This document shows, one piece after another, positions 33,432 to 42,312 of a stretch of DNA of 64,000 nucleotides (positions are counted from its first letter, which is position 1; each line of letters opens with the position of its first letter). The notes beneath the pieces were generated by a model. That model ran no database searches. It was not told where the DNA came from and saw only the letters and a program-made list of their open reading frames with translations. The stretch covers positions 4,885 through 68,884 of the forward strand of contig JAJCZJ010000105.1 in NCBI GenBank assembly GCA_029262455.1. The letters are read 5' to 3'. Source of the DNA: Deltaproteobacteria bacterium (GTDB lineage Bacteria > Desulfobacterota > Binatia > HRBIN30 > CADEER01). Position numbers and translations under genes: made by a program.

Positions 33432-34679
33432 TTGAGCTTTCCGCTGTTCATCGGCCTGCGTTACCTGCGGGCGCGCAAGCGAGAAGCGTTCCTGTCCCTG
33501 ATCGGCGTCATCGCCACCGTGGGGATCGCTCTGGGCGTGATGACCCTCGATGTCGTGCTGAGCGTGATGAGTGGATTCGAGCGGGATCTGCGCGATCGTA
33601 TCCTTGGTTTGACTCCGCACGTGACCGTCGAGTCGCCGTCGGGTTCCTTTGTGCCATCGCCAGGACTAGTGGAGCGATTGCGAGCCGTGCGGGGCGTCTC
33701 CGCGGCCTCGCCGTACGTGGTCGGGCAGGTCGTCTTGTCGTCGGGCGACGAGCTTGCGGGAGTCGAATTGCGTGGTGTTTCGGGCCAGGGCGGTGCGACA
33801 GATCTTGCACGACACGTTGTCGGTGGCGATCTCGCGGAGATCGAGGAGCGCCACGCCTTGGGGGGGGATGACGCGTCGGCAGTGCTCTTGTCGGGGATCG
33901 TGCTCGGCCGCGATGTTGCTCGAAGGCTGCGGGTGGGTCGAGGAGACCCGGTAACGGTCGTCTCGCCTCAGGGAATGCCGACCGCGGTCGGGCTCGTTCC
34001 GCGGGTGAAGCGGTTTGTTGTGGTTGGCGTGTTTCGATCTGGGATGTCGGAATACGACGGGTCGCGGGCGTTTGTCTCGCTCGATCAGGGGCGCCGCTTT
34101 TTTCGTCTCGGGGCCCGGGTAAATGGCGTCGAGGTCCGGGCCGACGAGGCCGATGAAGCAGACGTGATCGCTAAGCTCCTGGCGCCGCTGTTGGATATCG
34201 GCCTGACGACAACTGATTGGAAGCTGAGCAATCGGACTCTGTTTTCGGCTCTGCAACTGGAAAAGACGGTGTACTTTATCGTGCTCCTTCTGATCGTCCT
34301 GGTCGCGGCCTTCAATATCGTTGCGACGTTGATTATGGTTGTGATGAACAAGCGCAAGGATATCGCGGTCCTCAAGTCGATGGGTGCTCGCAACGCGGAC
34401 ATCGCCAAGATTTTTCTCTGGAGTGGTCTGTCGATCGGCGTCGTTGGCGCGACGACGGGATCTCTGCTTGGGTGGATCCTGTGTTGGGCGCTGCAACGCT
34501 TTGAGTTCGTCCAGCTGCCTCCGGATGTATTTTACGTGTCGACGCTTCCCGTGGAGATTTACCCGCAGTATTTCTTGGGCGTGTTGCTCATGGCGCTGCT
34601 GATTTGCTCGTTGGCTAGCGCCTACCCGGCCAGCAAGGCAGCGCGCATCATCCCGGTCGACGTATTGCGCTATGAGTGA
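33432..34679 (+). CDS. lolC: Lipoprotein-releasing system permease LolC/LolE (FtsX/MacB-like)
   Basis: N-terminal TM helix, periplasmic domain and C-terminal FtsX 3-TM bundle. Followed by lolD with an 8-nt overlap. TTG start. Confidence 0.85.
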   Translation: MSFPLFIGLRYLRARKREAFLSLIGVIATVGIALGVMTLDVVLSVMSGFERDLRDRILGLTPHVTVESPSGSFVPSPGLVERLRAVRGVSAASPYVVGQVVLSSGDELAGVELRGVSGQGGATDLARHVVGGDLAEIEERHALGGDDASAVLLSGIVLGRDVARRLRVGRGDPVTVVSPQGMPTAVGLVPRVKRFVVVGVFRSGMSEYDGSRAFVSLDQGRRFFRLGARVNGVEVRADEADEADVIAKLLAPLLDIGLTTTDWKLSNRTLFSALQLEKTVYFIVLLLIVLVAAFNIVATLIMVVMNKRKDIAVLKSMGARNADIAKIFLWSGLSIGVVGATTGSLLGWILCWALQRFEFVQLPPDVFYVSTLPVEIYPQYFLGVLLMALLICSLASAYPASKAARIIPVDVLRYE

Positions 34680-35343
34680 CCTGATTCGCGCCGAGGCGCT
34701 CTCTAAGGAGTATGGTGATGCGCGGCGGCGCGTTACTGTATTCGAGAATCTGTCTTTTCGAGTCGCCCGTGGCGAGAAGCTCATCATCGTAGGGCAGTCG
34801 GGGGTGGGCAAGAGCACGTTGCTGCACGTGTTGGGGGCGCTCGACCGCCCAACTTCCGGTAAGATTTGGTTCGACGAGACCCCGCTCGATGAGCTGAACG
34901 AGGCGCAGCTCGCAGAGTTTCGCAACCGCCAGATCGGGTTCGTCTTCCAATTTCACCATCTCTTGCCGGATTTTACGGCGTTGGAGAACGTGATGATGCC
35001 GTGCCTGATCGGTGGCGCGGGGCGCGACCAGGCGGCCGAGAAGGCCCGGCGCATTCTCTCTGAGGTCGGCCTGGATGCTCGTCTGGAGCACAAACCGGGG
35101 GAATTGTCGGGCGGTGAACAGCAGAGGGTGGCGATAGCGCGTGCGGTGGTTCTCGAGCCGCGTGCACTCCTCGCCGATGAGCCGACTGGTAACCTCGATC
35201 CTGAGACCGCCGAAGGTGTCCATCAACTCCTGGAGGATCTCAACCAACGACTGGGTCTCACCCTGGTCATAGTGACGCACAACGACCGGCTTGCGGCCCT
35301 AGCCGACCGTACTCTTCGCCTAGATCGTGGAGCACTGGTTTGA
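34672..35343 (+). CDS. lolD: Lipoprotein-releasing system ATP-binding protein LolD
   Basis: Walker [10 protein letters not shown], signature [14 protein letters not shown], Walker [12 protein letters not shown]. Confidence 0.9.
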   Translation: MSDLIRAEALSKEYGDARRRVTVFENLSFRVARGEKLIIVGQSGVGKSTLLHVLGALDRPTSGKIWFDETPLDELNEAQLAEFRNRQIGFVFQFHHLLPDFTALENVMMPCLIGGAGRDQAAEKARRILSEVGLDARLEHKPGELSGGEQQRVAIARAVVLEPRALLADEPTGNLDPETAEGVHQLLEDLNQRLGLTLVIVTHNDRLAALADRTLRLDRGALV

Positions 35344-35433
35344 GCGGGAACTGGGCGGTCGTTCGGCGCAAGTTGGGGTGCGGGGTTGGTCCCGATCGGT
35401 TGCTCTGGTAGTGACGGTTGTTTGCCCCTTCTC

Positions 35434-37860
35434 ATGCCGCAAACGATTTCAATAGCGCTGGCCCTCGTATTGGCCTGTGTTCTCTCGGCTCGGCCAGGGA
35501 TGGCCCAGCTACCGGGGCCAGATTTGGCGGTCGGCGCGGATCGGGTTGCCGAGCCGGTTGATATCGGGTTGGTCGCAATCGAGGGAAATCGACGTGTCGA
35601 CGAGAGTGCGATCCGCGTCCGCTTGAAGATGCTACCCGGCGCCAAGTTCGATGAGAAGGTCGTCGACGACGATATCCGGTCGCTCTTCGAGATGGGATTC
35701 TTTCGCAACATCACCGCTTCTCTCGAGGGCAGTGGAGTGCAGTGGGTGCTGACGTATTTGGTCGAGGAGCGTCCCTTTGTGCGCTCCATCGAGGTCGTCG
35801 GTGAAGATGAGATCGACGAAGAAGAGATCCAGGGCATGATTCGAGTTCGCCCCAACACGATCCTGGACCCGGAGAAGGCCCGCGCGGGAATCTCGGAAAT
35901 CAAGAAAGCTTACGAGAAAAAGGGCTACCTCGATGCCGAGGTCGAGTACGAGACCGCGCCGGTAGGGGAAGACGAAGTCGCGGTCACCTTCCGCATCGAA
36001 GAAGGCGATCCGGTGCGCATCGAGGAACTCCGCCTCGAGGGCAATGAGGGGATAAGCGATCGCACCTTGAGGAGCATTCTCGCGACGACAGAGAGCGGCT
36101 GGTTTTCGTTTATTACAGGCGCCGGAAACCTCGACCGCGAAGTGCTGCAGACCGATGCCGAGCGCTTGACTGCGTACTACTACGAAAACGGTTACATCGA
36201 TGTGCGTGTCGACGAGCCCCAGATCGAGCGAACCTCGGAGGGCCTCGAGGTAACGTTCCGAATCGAGGAGGGTGAGGTCTACCGCTTCGGCGAGGTGAGT
36301 GTCCTCGGGGAGACGCTCGAGGGGCTGGAGACGGCGGATCTGGACCTTGCCAGTGACAGTGGAGATATCTTTCGGCCGAGTAAGTTGCGCGAAGACATGA
36401 ACGTTGTGACGGAGCTCTACGGAGACCGCGGATATGCGTTTGTCAATGTTACGCCCGACACACGGATCGACGCCGCCGCCAAGACCGTGGACTTGGGCTT
36501 TCGTGTCGTGCGCGGTCCGGAGGTCTTCATCGATCGGATCGAAGTGACGGGTAACACCAAGACCCGCGACAACGTGGTCCGGCGCGAGATGGAACTTATC
36601 GAGCAGGAGCGATTTTCGGGGGCCAGGTTGCGACGGTCGCAGGAGCGGATCCAACGGCTCGGTTTTTTCCAGGACGTCAACATTACGACGCGAAAAGCCG
36701 ACCGCGACGATCGACTCGACGTGCTGGTGGACGTGCGCGAAGGGAACACGGGGACCTTTTCGGCCGGCGCCGGTATCAGCTCTGGCAACCAGTTTCTGTT
36801 TAACGTCAGTCTTTCCGAGATCAACCTGTTCGGCCGCGGTCAGCGTCTGCTTCTGCAGCTAGACTTGGGTACGATCCGTCGCAACCTTACCCTGAGCCTG
36901 ACCGAGCCTTACTTTCTCGACACGGAACTCAGCGTTGGCTTGGACGTATTCAATTGGCAACTCGAGTTTGACGAGTTTACGCGCGGCGGCACCGGCGGTG
37001 GGATCCGCTTGCTTTATCCGTTCCGCGCTCTCGGAATTGAGGATTTGAAGCTCGGACCGGTGACGATTCCCTTGATCGATACGAGGATGGGTCTCGAGTA
37101 TCGTATCGAGCAGGCCGATATCTCTGGAGTCAGCGCGCGGCGATCGTCGGCCATCAGTTCTGAGCAGGGGACCCGGATCACCAGCGCGATCATTCCGCGA
37201 ATCTTTCGTGATACGCGCAACCATCCGTTCGATCCGACGCGCGGTTCGATGCAGGATCTCTCCGTCGAGATTGCCGGATTGGGCGGCAACACGCGCTTCA
37301 TCAAGGCGGAGACCCGGGCCCGTTGGTATGTTCCCGTCTACAAGCACGATGCGCTCGGCGAGCTGACGTTTTCGACCGGGTGGAATCTCGGTTTTGGCTA
37401 TGGCTACGGCGGCCAGAGAGAGATCCCTCTCTTTGAACGGTATTTTCCGGGCGGCATCAATACCGTGCGCGGGTATCGCATCCGCACCATGGGGCCGCGC
37501 GTGGCTCTGTTCGACCAGTCTCTCGGGCCTGCGAGTACCTGCCCGACCGGGTCTTTGACATGCGGGCGATTCCTCGGCACCGACGTCATCGGCGGAAGTA
37601 GTCAGCTGATTATCAACAACGAGCTGATTTTTCCGCTAGTCAAATCACTTGGCCTAAAAGGCGTGGTGTTTTTCGACGCAGGTAATGCATTTTCGGCAGC
37701 CCAAGGGATCGACTTCAACGAGTTGAGGATGTCGGCAGGTGCTGGGATTCGTTGGCTTTCTCCCATCGGACCGCTTCGAATCGAGATCGGTGTACCGCTC
37801 AACGAACGAGAGAGCGACGACACCCAAACGGTTCAATTTTCGTTCGGTGGAGTGCGCTAA
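35434..37860 (+). CDS. bamA: Outer membrane protein assembly factor BamA (POTRA domains + Omp85 barrel)
   Basis: Signal peptide, repeated POTRA-like segments (IEGNRRVDESAIRVRL..., IEVVGEDEIDEEEI..., LRLEGNEGISDRTL..., IEVTGNTKTRDNVVRREM) and a C-terminal barrel ending ...QFSFGGVR. Confidence 0.95.
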   Translation: MPQTISIALALVLACVLSARPGMAQLPGPDLAVGADRVAEPVDIGLVAIEGNRRVDESAIRVRLKMLPGAKFDEKVVDDDIRSLFEMGFFRNITASLEGSGVQWVLTYLVEERPFVRSIEVVGEDEIDEEEIQGMIRVRPNTILDPEKARAGISEIKKAYEKKGYLDAEVEYETAPVGEDEVAVTFRIEEGDPVRIEELRLEGNEGISDRTLRSILATTESGWFSFITGAGNLDREVLQTDAERLTAYYYENGYIDVRVDEPQIERTSEGLEVTFRIEEGEVYRFGEVSVLGETLEGLETADLDLASDSGDIFRPSKLREDMNVVTELYGDRGYAFVNVTPDTRIDAAAKTVDLGFRVVRGPEVFIDRIEVTGNTKTRDNVVRREMELIEQERFSGARLRRSQERIQRLGFFQDVNITTRKADRDDRLDVLVDVREGNTGTFSAGAGISSGNQFLFNVSLSEINLFGRGQRLLLQLDLGTIRRNLTLSLTEPYFLDTELSVGLDVFNWQLEFDEFTRGGTGGGIRLLYPFRALGIEDLKLGPVTIPLIDTRMGLEYRIEQADISGVSARRSSAISSEQGTRITSAIIPRIFRDTRNHPFDPTRGSMQDLSVEIAGLGGNTRFIKAETRARWYVPVYKHDALGELTFSTGWNLGFGYGYGGQREIPLFERYFPGGINTVRGYRIRTMGPRVALFDQSLGPASTCPTGSLTCGRFLGTDVIGGSSQLIINNELIFPLVKSLGLKGVVFFDAGNAFSAAQGIDFNELRMSAGAGIRWLSPIGPLRIEIGVPLNERESDDTQTVQFSFGGVR

Positions 37861-38089
37861 CAGGCCGCCGATCTCCCCGTCCGCGGCGATGGATCTCTAG
37901 TGGGTTTGGTCACCCCCTGCGGGAGCGCGACGGACGGCTAGGTTGTTTGCCTGTGCAGCGTGAAATCTGTCGCGTTTCTCGCTATGAACAAAGGTTCTAG
38001 GCATCGGGGGTTTGCTCGGTGCTTATGGGGAAAATGCCAATCGAAGTGATACGACGGCGTTGGTCGTCGGTCGGGAGGAACTTAATCAG

Positions 38090-38608
38090 ATGAGAATTTT
38101 GCTTATGGCCGTTGTGGCGGCTGTCTTGATCGGTGCTCCGGCGGCGGAAGTTTCAGCCCAAGACATCCGGGTTGGGACGATCAACTTGCAGCGCGCGCTC
38201 AACGAATCGAGCGCCGGCAAGGCTGCCAAGGTCAAGTTCAAGGAGCAGCTCGATCGGTTGCAGCGCGACCTCGAACGCCAGAAGAGTGAGGTTGATGCTC
38301 TCAAGGACCAGCTGGCGAAAAAGGCCCTGGTGATGAAGGCAGATGAGCGCCGCAACCTGGAGATGGACTACCAGCGCAAGGCACGAGAATTCGAAAGAGC
38401 CTACGAAGACTCGCAGGGCGAGTTGCAGCTGAAGGATTCAGAGATGACTCGCGACCTGTTGAAGGAGTTACAGCAGGTGATCCAGGAGTACGGCCGGCGC
38501 GGTGGCTACACCGTGATCCTCGAGCAGGCCGGCGGTGCGTTGTTGTACGGCGCCGCGCATATCGACGTCACCGACGCGATCATCGCCGAGTTCAACCAGA
38601 AGCGCTAG
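38090..38608 (+). CDS. skp: Periplasmic chaperone Skp/OmpH
   Basis: Signal peptide MRILLMAVVAAVLIGAPAAEVSAQ, then IRVGTINLQRALNESSAGKAAK and a long coiled-coil. Located after bamA. Confidence 0.9.
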   Translation: MRILLMAVVAAVLIGAPAAEVSAQDIRVGTINLQRALNESSAGKAAKVKFKEQLDRLQRDLERQKSEVDALKDQLAKKALVMKADERRNLEMDYQRKAREFERAYEDSQGELQLKDSEMTRDLLKELQQVIQEYGRRGGYTVILEQAGGALLYGAAHIDVTDAIIAEFNQKR

Positions 38609-38621
38609 GCGGGCATCGGGC

Positions 38622-39401
38622 GTGAGTCAGCGGATACATCCCAGCGCACTAGTCGACGCTGGGGCCGAACTCGGACCGGATGTCGAGGTCGGCCCTTTTG
38701 CGATCATTGGTGAGGGCGTTGAGATCGGTGCTCGCTGCGTCGTCGGCGCGCATGCGGTGGTCCTGGGACGTACCTCGCTCGGTGAGGACAATGTGGTCTT
38801 TCACCACGCATCCCTGGGCGCGCCGCCGCAGGACTTGAAGTTTCACGGCGAGCCGAGTCAGTTGGTGATCGGTGATCGCAACCAAATCAGAGAGTTCGCG
38901 ACGCTTCATCTTGGCACCGAGAGTGGTGGCATGGTGACCCGTGTCGGTGACGACAACATGCTGATGAACTACACGCACGTTGCCCACGATTGTGTGCTCG
39001 GCAATCGCAATGTGTTGGCCAACGGTGTGCAGCTAGGTGGTCACGTCACATTGCAAGATTGGATCGTTGTCGGGGCGCTGAGTGGTATTCACCAATTCGT
39101 TCGCATCGGCGAGTCGGCGATGATTGGGGCCGGTTCGATGGTGTCTCTCGATGTGGTTCCGTTTTGCAATGCGACAGGGGATCGCGCCGAAGTGCGTGGC
39201 CTCAACGTGGTAGGATTGAAGCGACGAGGCCTTTCGACGGAGGTCCGGTCTCGGGTCAAGTCGGCGTACAAGGCGTTGTTTCAGTCTGGCTTGAAGGCTG
39301 TCGATGCGGTCGCCCAGCTTCGAGCGGAGACTCCGGCGATTGACGAGATTGACGCGATGTTGCGTTTCGTTGAGTCGTCCGAGCGTGGCATTTGCCGTTG
39401 A
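38622..39401 (+). CDS. lpxA: UDP-N-acetylglucosamine O-acyltransferase LpxA
   Basis: Left-handed beta-helix hexapeptide repeats (IHPSALVDAGAELGPDVEVGPFAIIGEGVEIGARCVVGAHAVV...). GTG start 14 nt after the skp stop. Confidence 0.9.
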   Translation: MSQRIHPSALVDAGAELGPDVEVGPFAIIGEGVEIGARCVVGAHAVVLGRTSLGEDNVVFHHASLGAPPQDLKFHGEPSQLVIGDRNQIREFATLHLGTESGGMVTRVGDDNMLMNYTHVAHDCVLGNRNVLANGVQLGGHVTLQDWIVVGALSGIHQFVRIGESAMIGAGSMVSLDVVPFCNATGDRAEVRGLNVVGLKRRGLSTEVRSRVKSAYKALFQSGLKAVDAVAQLRAETPAIDEIDAMLRFVESSERGICR

Positions 39402-39422
39402 TTGTCGCGGGAGCGTGATTGA

Positions 39423-40241
39423 TTGCCGCAACCAGGGGAAACGATTGGGCTGATCGCGGGAAACGGTCAGTTCCCGAAGCTGTTCGCCGAAACAGCTCGA
39501 GCCGCTGGGTTGCGTGTGGTGGCTGTCGCGCACGAGGGCGAATGCCTGCCGGGATTCGAGCCCTTCGTCGAGCATGTCACTTGGATCAAGGTCGGCCAGA
39601 TCAACACCATGTTCGAAGTGTTTCGTCGCCATGGAGTCCGGCGCGCCGTCATGGCGGGAGGGATCGACAAGGCCAGCCTGATGGAACACTTTGCCCCGGA
39701 CGAACGCGGAGTCCGACTGTTGGAGCGGCTCACACAGTGGAGCGATGATGCGCTGCTGCGCGAGCTCGCCGCAGATCTCGAGAGCGAAGGCATCGAGATC
39801 GTCGAGTCGACGCTGTTTCTGGACTCGATTTTGACCCGCGAGGGTACATTCACAAAGGCCGAGCCGGATGAAGCTCAGTGGGGAGACGTCCGATTTGGGA
39901 TGGAAGTGCTGCGCTCGATTGGTCGTTTTGACATCGGTCAGACACTGGTCGTCAAGTCGGGAATCGTCCTGGCAGTGGAGGCGATCGAGGGGACCGATGC
40001 AGCTCTTCGCCGCGGTGGCGAGCTCGGTCGGGGTGGTGCAGTGGCGGTCAAAGCGAGCAAGTCGACGCAGGACCTGCGGTTTGATGTTCCGGCGGTCGGG
40101 TTGGAGACGATCGCGGTTTGTCGCGAGTCTGGCGTCGCCGTGCTGGCTCTCGAGGCCGGCAAGACTCTGATGTTCGACCGTGAACAAGTGATCGATGCGG
40201 CCAATGATTGTGACATCGCGGTCGTTGGCGTCGGTCTGTAG
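39423..40241 (+). CDS. lpxI: UDP-2,3-diacylglucosamine hydrolase LpxI (DUF1009)
   Basis: IGLIAGNGQFPKLFAETARAAGLRVVAVAHEGE..., sited between lpxA and lpxB as in LpxI-using lineages. No LpxH-type phosphoesterase in the cluster. TTG start. Confidence 0.7.
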   Translation: MPQPGETIGLIAGNGQFPKLFAETARAAGLRVVAVAHEGECLPGFEPFVEHVTWIKVGQINTMFEVFRRHGVRRAVMAGGIDKASLMEHFAPDERGVRLLERLTQWSDDALLRELAADLESEGIEIVESTLFLDSILTREGTFTKAEPDEAQWGDVRFGMEVLRSIGRFDIGQTLVVKSGIVLAVEAIEGTDAALRRGGELGRGGAVAVKASKSTQDLRFDVPAVGLETIAVCRESGVAVLALEAGKTLMFDREQVIDAANDCDIAVVGVGL

Positions 40242-41191
40242 TGGCGGCGATGGCGGATCGGGTACGAGCGGCGGTCGTCGGGGTAGGCTATCTGGGAGCG
40301 TTCCACGCCCAAAAGTATGCCAGCCTCGATGGAGTCGATCTGGTGGCTGTGGTCGACTCGGATCTGGATCGGGCCCAGAAGGTTGCGCGTGATGTGGGAA
40401 CGGTTGCGTTTCCGACGGTCTCATCACTGCGCGGCAAAGTTGATTGTGTCAGCTTGGCAGTTCCGACCACCGCCCATCACGCGATTGGGATCGAGCTGCT
40501 CGCCGCCGGCATCGACCTATTGGTCGAGAAGCCGATTACCCCGACCGCCGCGGAGGGTCGAGCCCTGGTGGAGTTGGCGGAGCAGCGTGGTTTGATCTTG
40601 CAGGTCGGGCACCTCGAACGCTTCAACCCAGCGATTCGCTCATTGTCTGGCGTGATCTCGCAGCCGCGCTTCATCGAATGTCACCGGTTGGCGCCTTTCG
40701 TTCAACGCGGAACGGAAGTCGATGTAATCCTCGACCTGATGATTCACGATCTCGACATCATTCTAAGTGTCGTCGATAGCGATGTCGTGTCGACCGAGAC
40801 AGTCGGGGTACCGGTGATTTCGGAGGAAGTGGACATCGCCAACGCCCGTCTGCGGTTTGCTTGCGGGACGATCGCCAATGTCACTGCGAGCCGTGTCGCC
40901 CTCAAGAAGGAACGCAAGATTCGTTTTTTCCAGTCAGACACCTACGTTTCGGTCGACTATGGTGAGCGCCAGATTAGGATCTGTCGGCGCAAGGCGTCCG
41001 GCGCACCCGGCGCGCTCCCTGAAATTGATATCGAAGAGACCAATTTCGGGGATGCGGATCCGCTCTTCGATGAGGTTGAGGCGTTTGTCGGAGCCGTGCG
41101 GAGTCGGGAGAAGCCGCTCGTGGATGGTGCCACGGCGGTGCGAGTCCTCGAATTGGCCGAGCGGCTGCGCAACGGCATGGAGACTGAATGA
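40241..41191 (+). CDS. Gfo/Idh/MocA-family NAD(P)-dependent oxidoreductase within lipid A cluster
   Basis: Rossmann motif VGVGYLGAFHAQKY plus the C-terminal alpha/beta domain of this family. Confidence 0.8.
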   Translation: MAAMADRVRAAVVGVGYLGAFHAQKYASLDGVDLVAVVDSDLDRAQKVARDVGTVAFPTVSSLRGKVDCVSLAVPTTAHHAIGIELLAAGIDLLVEKPITPTAAEGRALVELAEQRGLILQVGHLERFNPAIRSLSGVISQPRFIECHRLAPFVQRGTEVDVILDLMIHDLDIILSVVDSDVVSTETVGVPVISEEVDIANARLRFACGTIANVTASRVALKKERKIRFFQSDTYVSVDYGERQIRICRRKASGAPGALPEIDIEETNFGDADPLFDEVEAFVGAVRSREKPLVDGATAVRVLELAERLRNGMETE

Positions 41192-42312
41192 CACGGCCTC
41201 TGCGTGTCATGCTGGTTGCCGGTGAGGCTTCTGGCGATTTGCACGCTGCAGCCTTGGTTCGCGAGTTGAAGGCGCGGCGAGAGGATGTCGAAGTATGGGG
41301 TCTCGGCGGTGCGCGGCTGCGTGCGGTCGGGATGCGCACTGTTTTTGATAGTGAACACGCCGCGACCATGGGGTTTGTGGAAACCTTTGGCCAGATCGGG
41401 CGTCACCTTCGAATGTTCCGCCGTTTAGTCACCGAGATGCGCGAGCAGCGGCCCGACTTGGTGATCTTGGTAGACTATCCGGAGTTCAATATGTTGCTCG
41501 CCTCTCGCGCTAAGAAGATGGGAATCCCGGTCTTCTATTTTATCGCGCCGCAGGTGTGGGCGTGGCGCAAGGGGCGGGTCGAGAAGATTCGCCAGCGGGT
41601 AGACAAACTTGGCGTTGTATTTCCGTTCGAGGCTGACCTCTACAATCGCGGCGGCGATGAATTGGCCGTATTCCTCGGTCACCCGCTGCTCGATGTCGTG
41701 CACACGACGCGCGATCGTGCCGCGACGCGGAGTCGGTACGGGCTCGACGAGTCTCGCCAGGTACTGGCGCTCTTGCCCGGGAGCCGCCGCAAGGAAGTGG
41801 ATCTAATCGGGCCGGAAATGATCGCCGGTGCCAACCTGTTGGTCGAAGAGGGGTGGCAGCCGGCGCTGGCCCTCGCGCCGGGCATCGACGACGAACAGGT
41901 CCGGGTGCTGCGGGCAGCGTGTCCGGGGCTAGTGGTCGTCGAGGATGATACGTACAACTTGATAGGCTGCGCCGATGCGGCGGTGGTTGCGTCGGGTACT
42001 GCGACGGTCGAGACGGCGATGCTGGGATGTCCGATGGTCATCGTGTACCGGATGGCGCCCGTGTCGTACTGGTTGGCCAAGCGCTTGGTGACTGTGGAGC
42101 AGATCGGCATGCCGAACATCATTTTAGGTAAATCAGTGTTCCCAGAACTCGTGCAGGACGACGTGACCCCACAGGCGATCGCTGAATCTGTGCGGTCGCT
42201 GGCGGAGCGGGCGCCTGAGATGAAAGCGGCCCTCGCTGAGCTTCGCGCGGCGTTGGGCGAGCCCGGCGCCGCCGGCCGCGCCGCCGAGGTGGCCCTGGAG
42301 TTGGTGCAGTGA
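41188..42312 (+). CDS. lpxB: Lipid-A-disaccharide synthase LpxB
   Basis: N-terminal AGEASGDLHAAALVRELK motif, length, and context in the lpx cluster. Confidence 0.9.
   Translation: MTRPLRVMLVAGEASGDLHAAALVRELKARREDVEVWGLGGARLRAVGMRTVFDSEHAATMGFVETFGQIGRHLRMFRRLVTEMREQRPDLVILVDYPEFNMLLASRAKKMGIPVFYFIAPQVWAWRKGRVEKIRQRVDKLGVVFPFEADLYNRGGDELAVFLGHPLLDVVHTTRDRAATRSRYGLDESRQVLALLPGSRRKEVDLIGPEMIAGANLLVEEGWQPALALAPGIDDEQVRVLRAACPGLVVVEDDTYNLIGCADAAVVASGTATVETAMLGCPMVIVYRMAPVSYWLAKRLVTVEQIGMPNIILGKSVFPELVQDDVTPQAIAESVRSLAERAPEMKAALAELRAALGEPGAAGRAAEVALELVQ

Noticed and set aside
32208-36654. Long antisense ORFs 32208-33620(-), 33666-34925(-) and 35632-36654(-) opposite lysS, lolC/D and bamA
   Set aside because: No recognisable domains. 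They lie opposite highly conserved housekeeping genes, and their composition is typical of GC-rich antisense frames.
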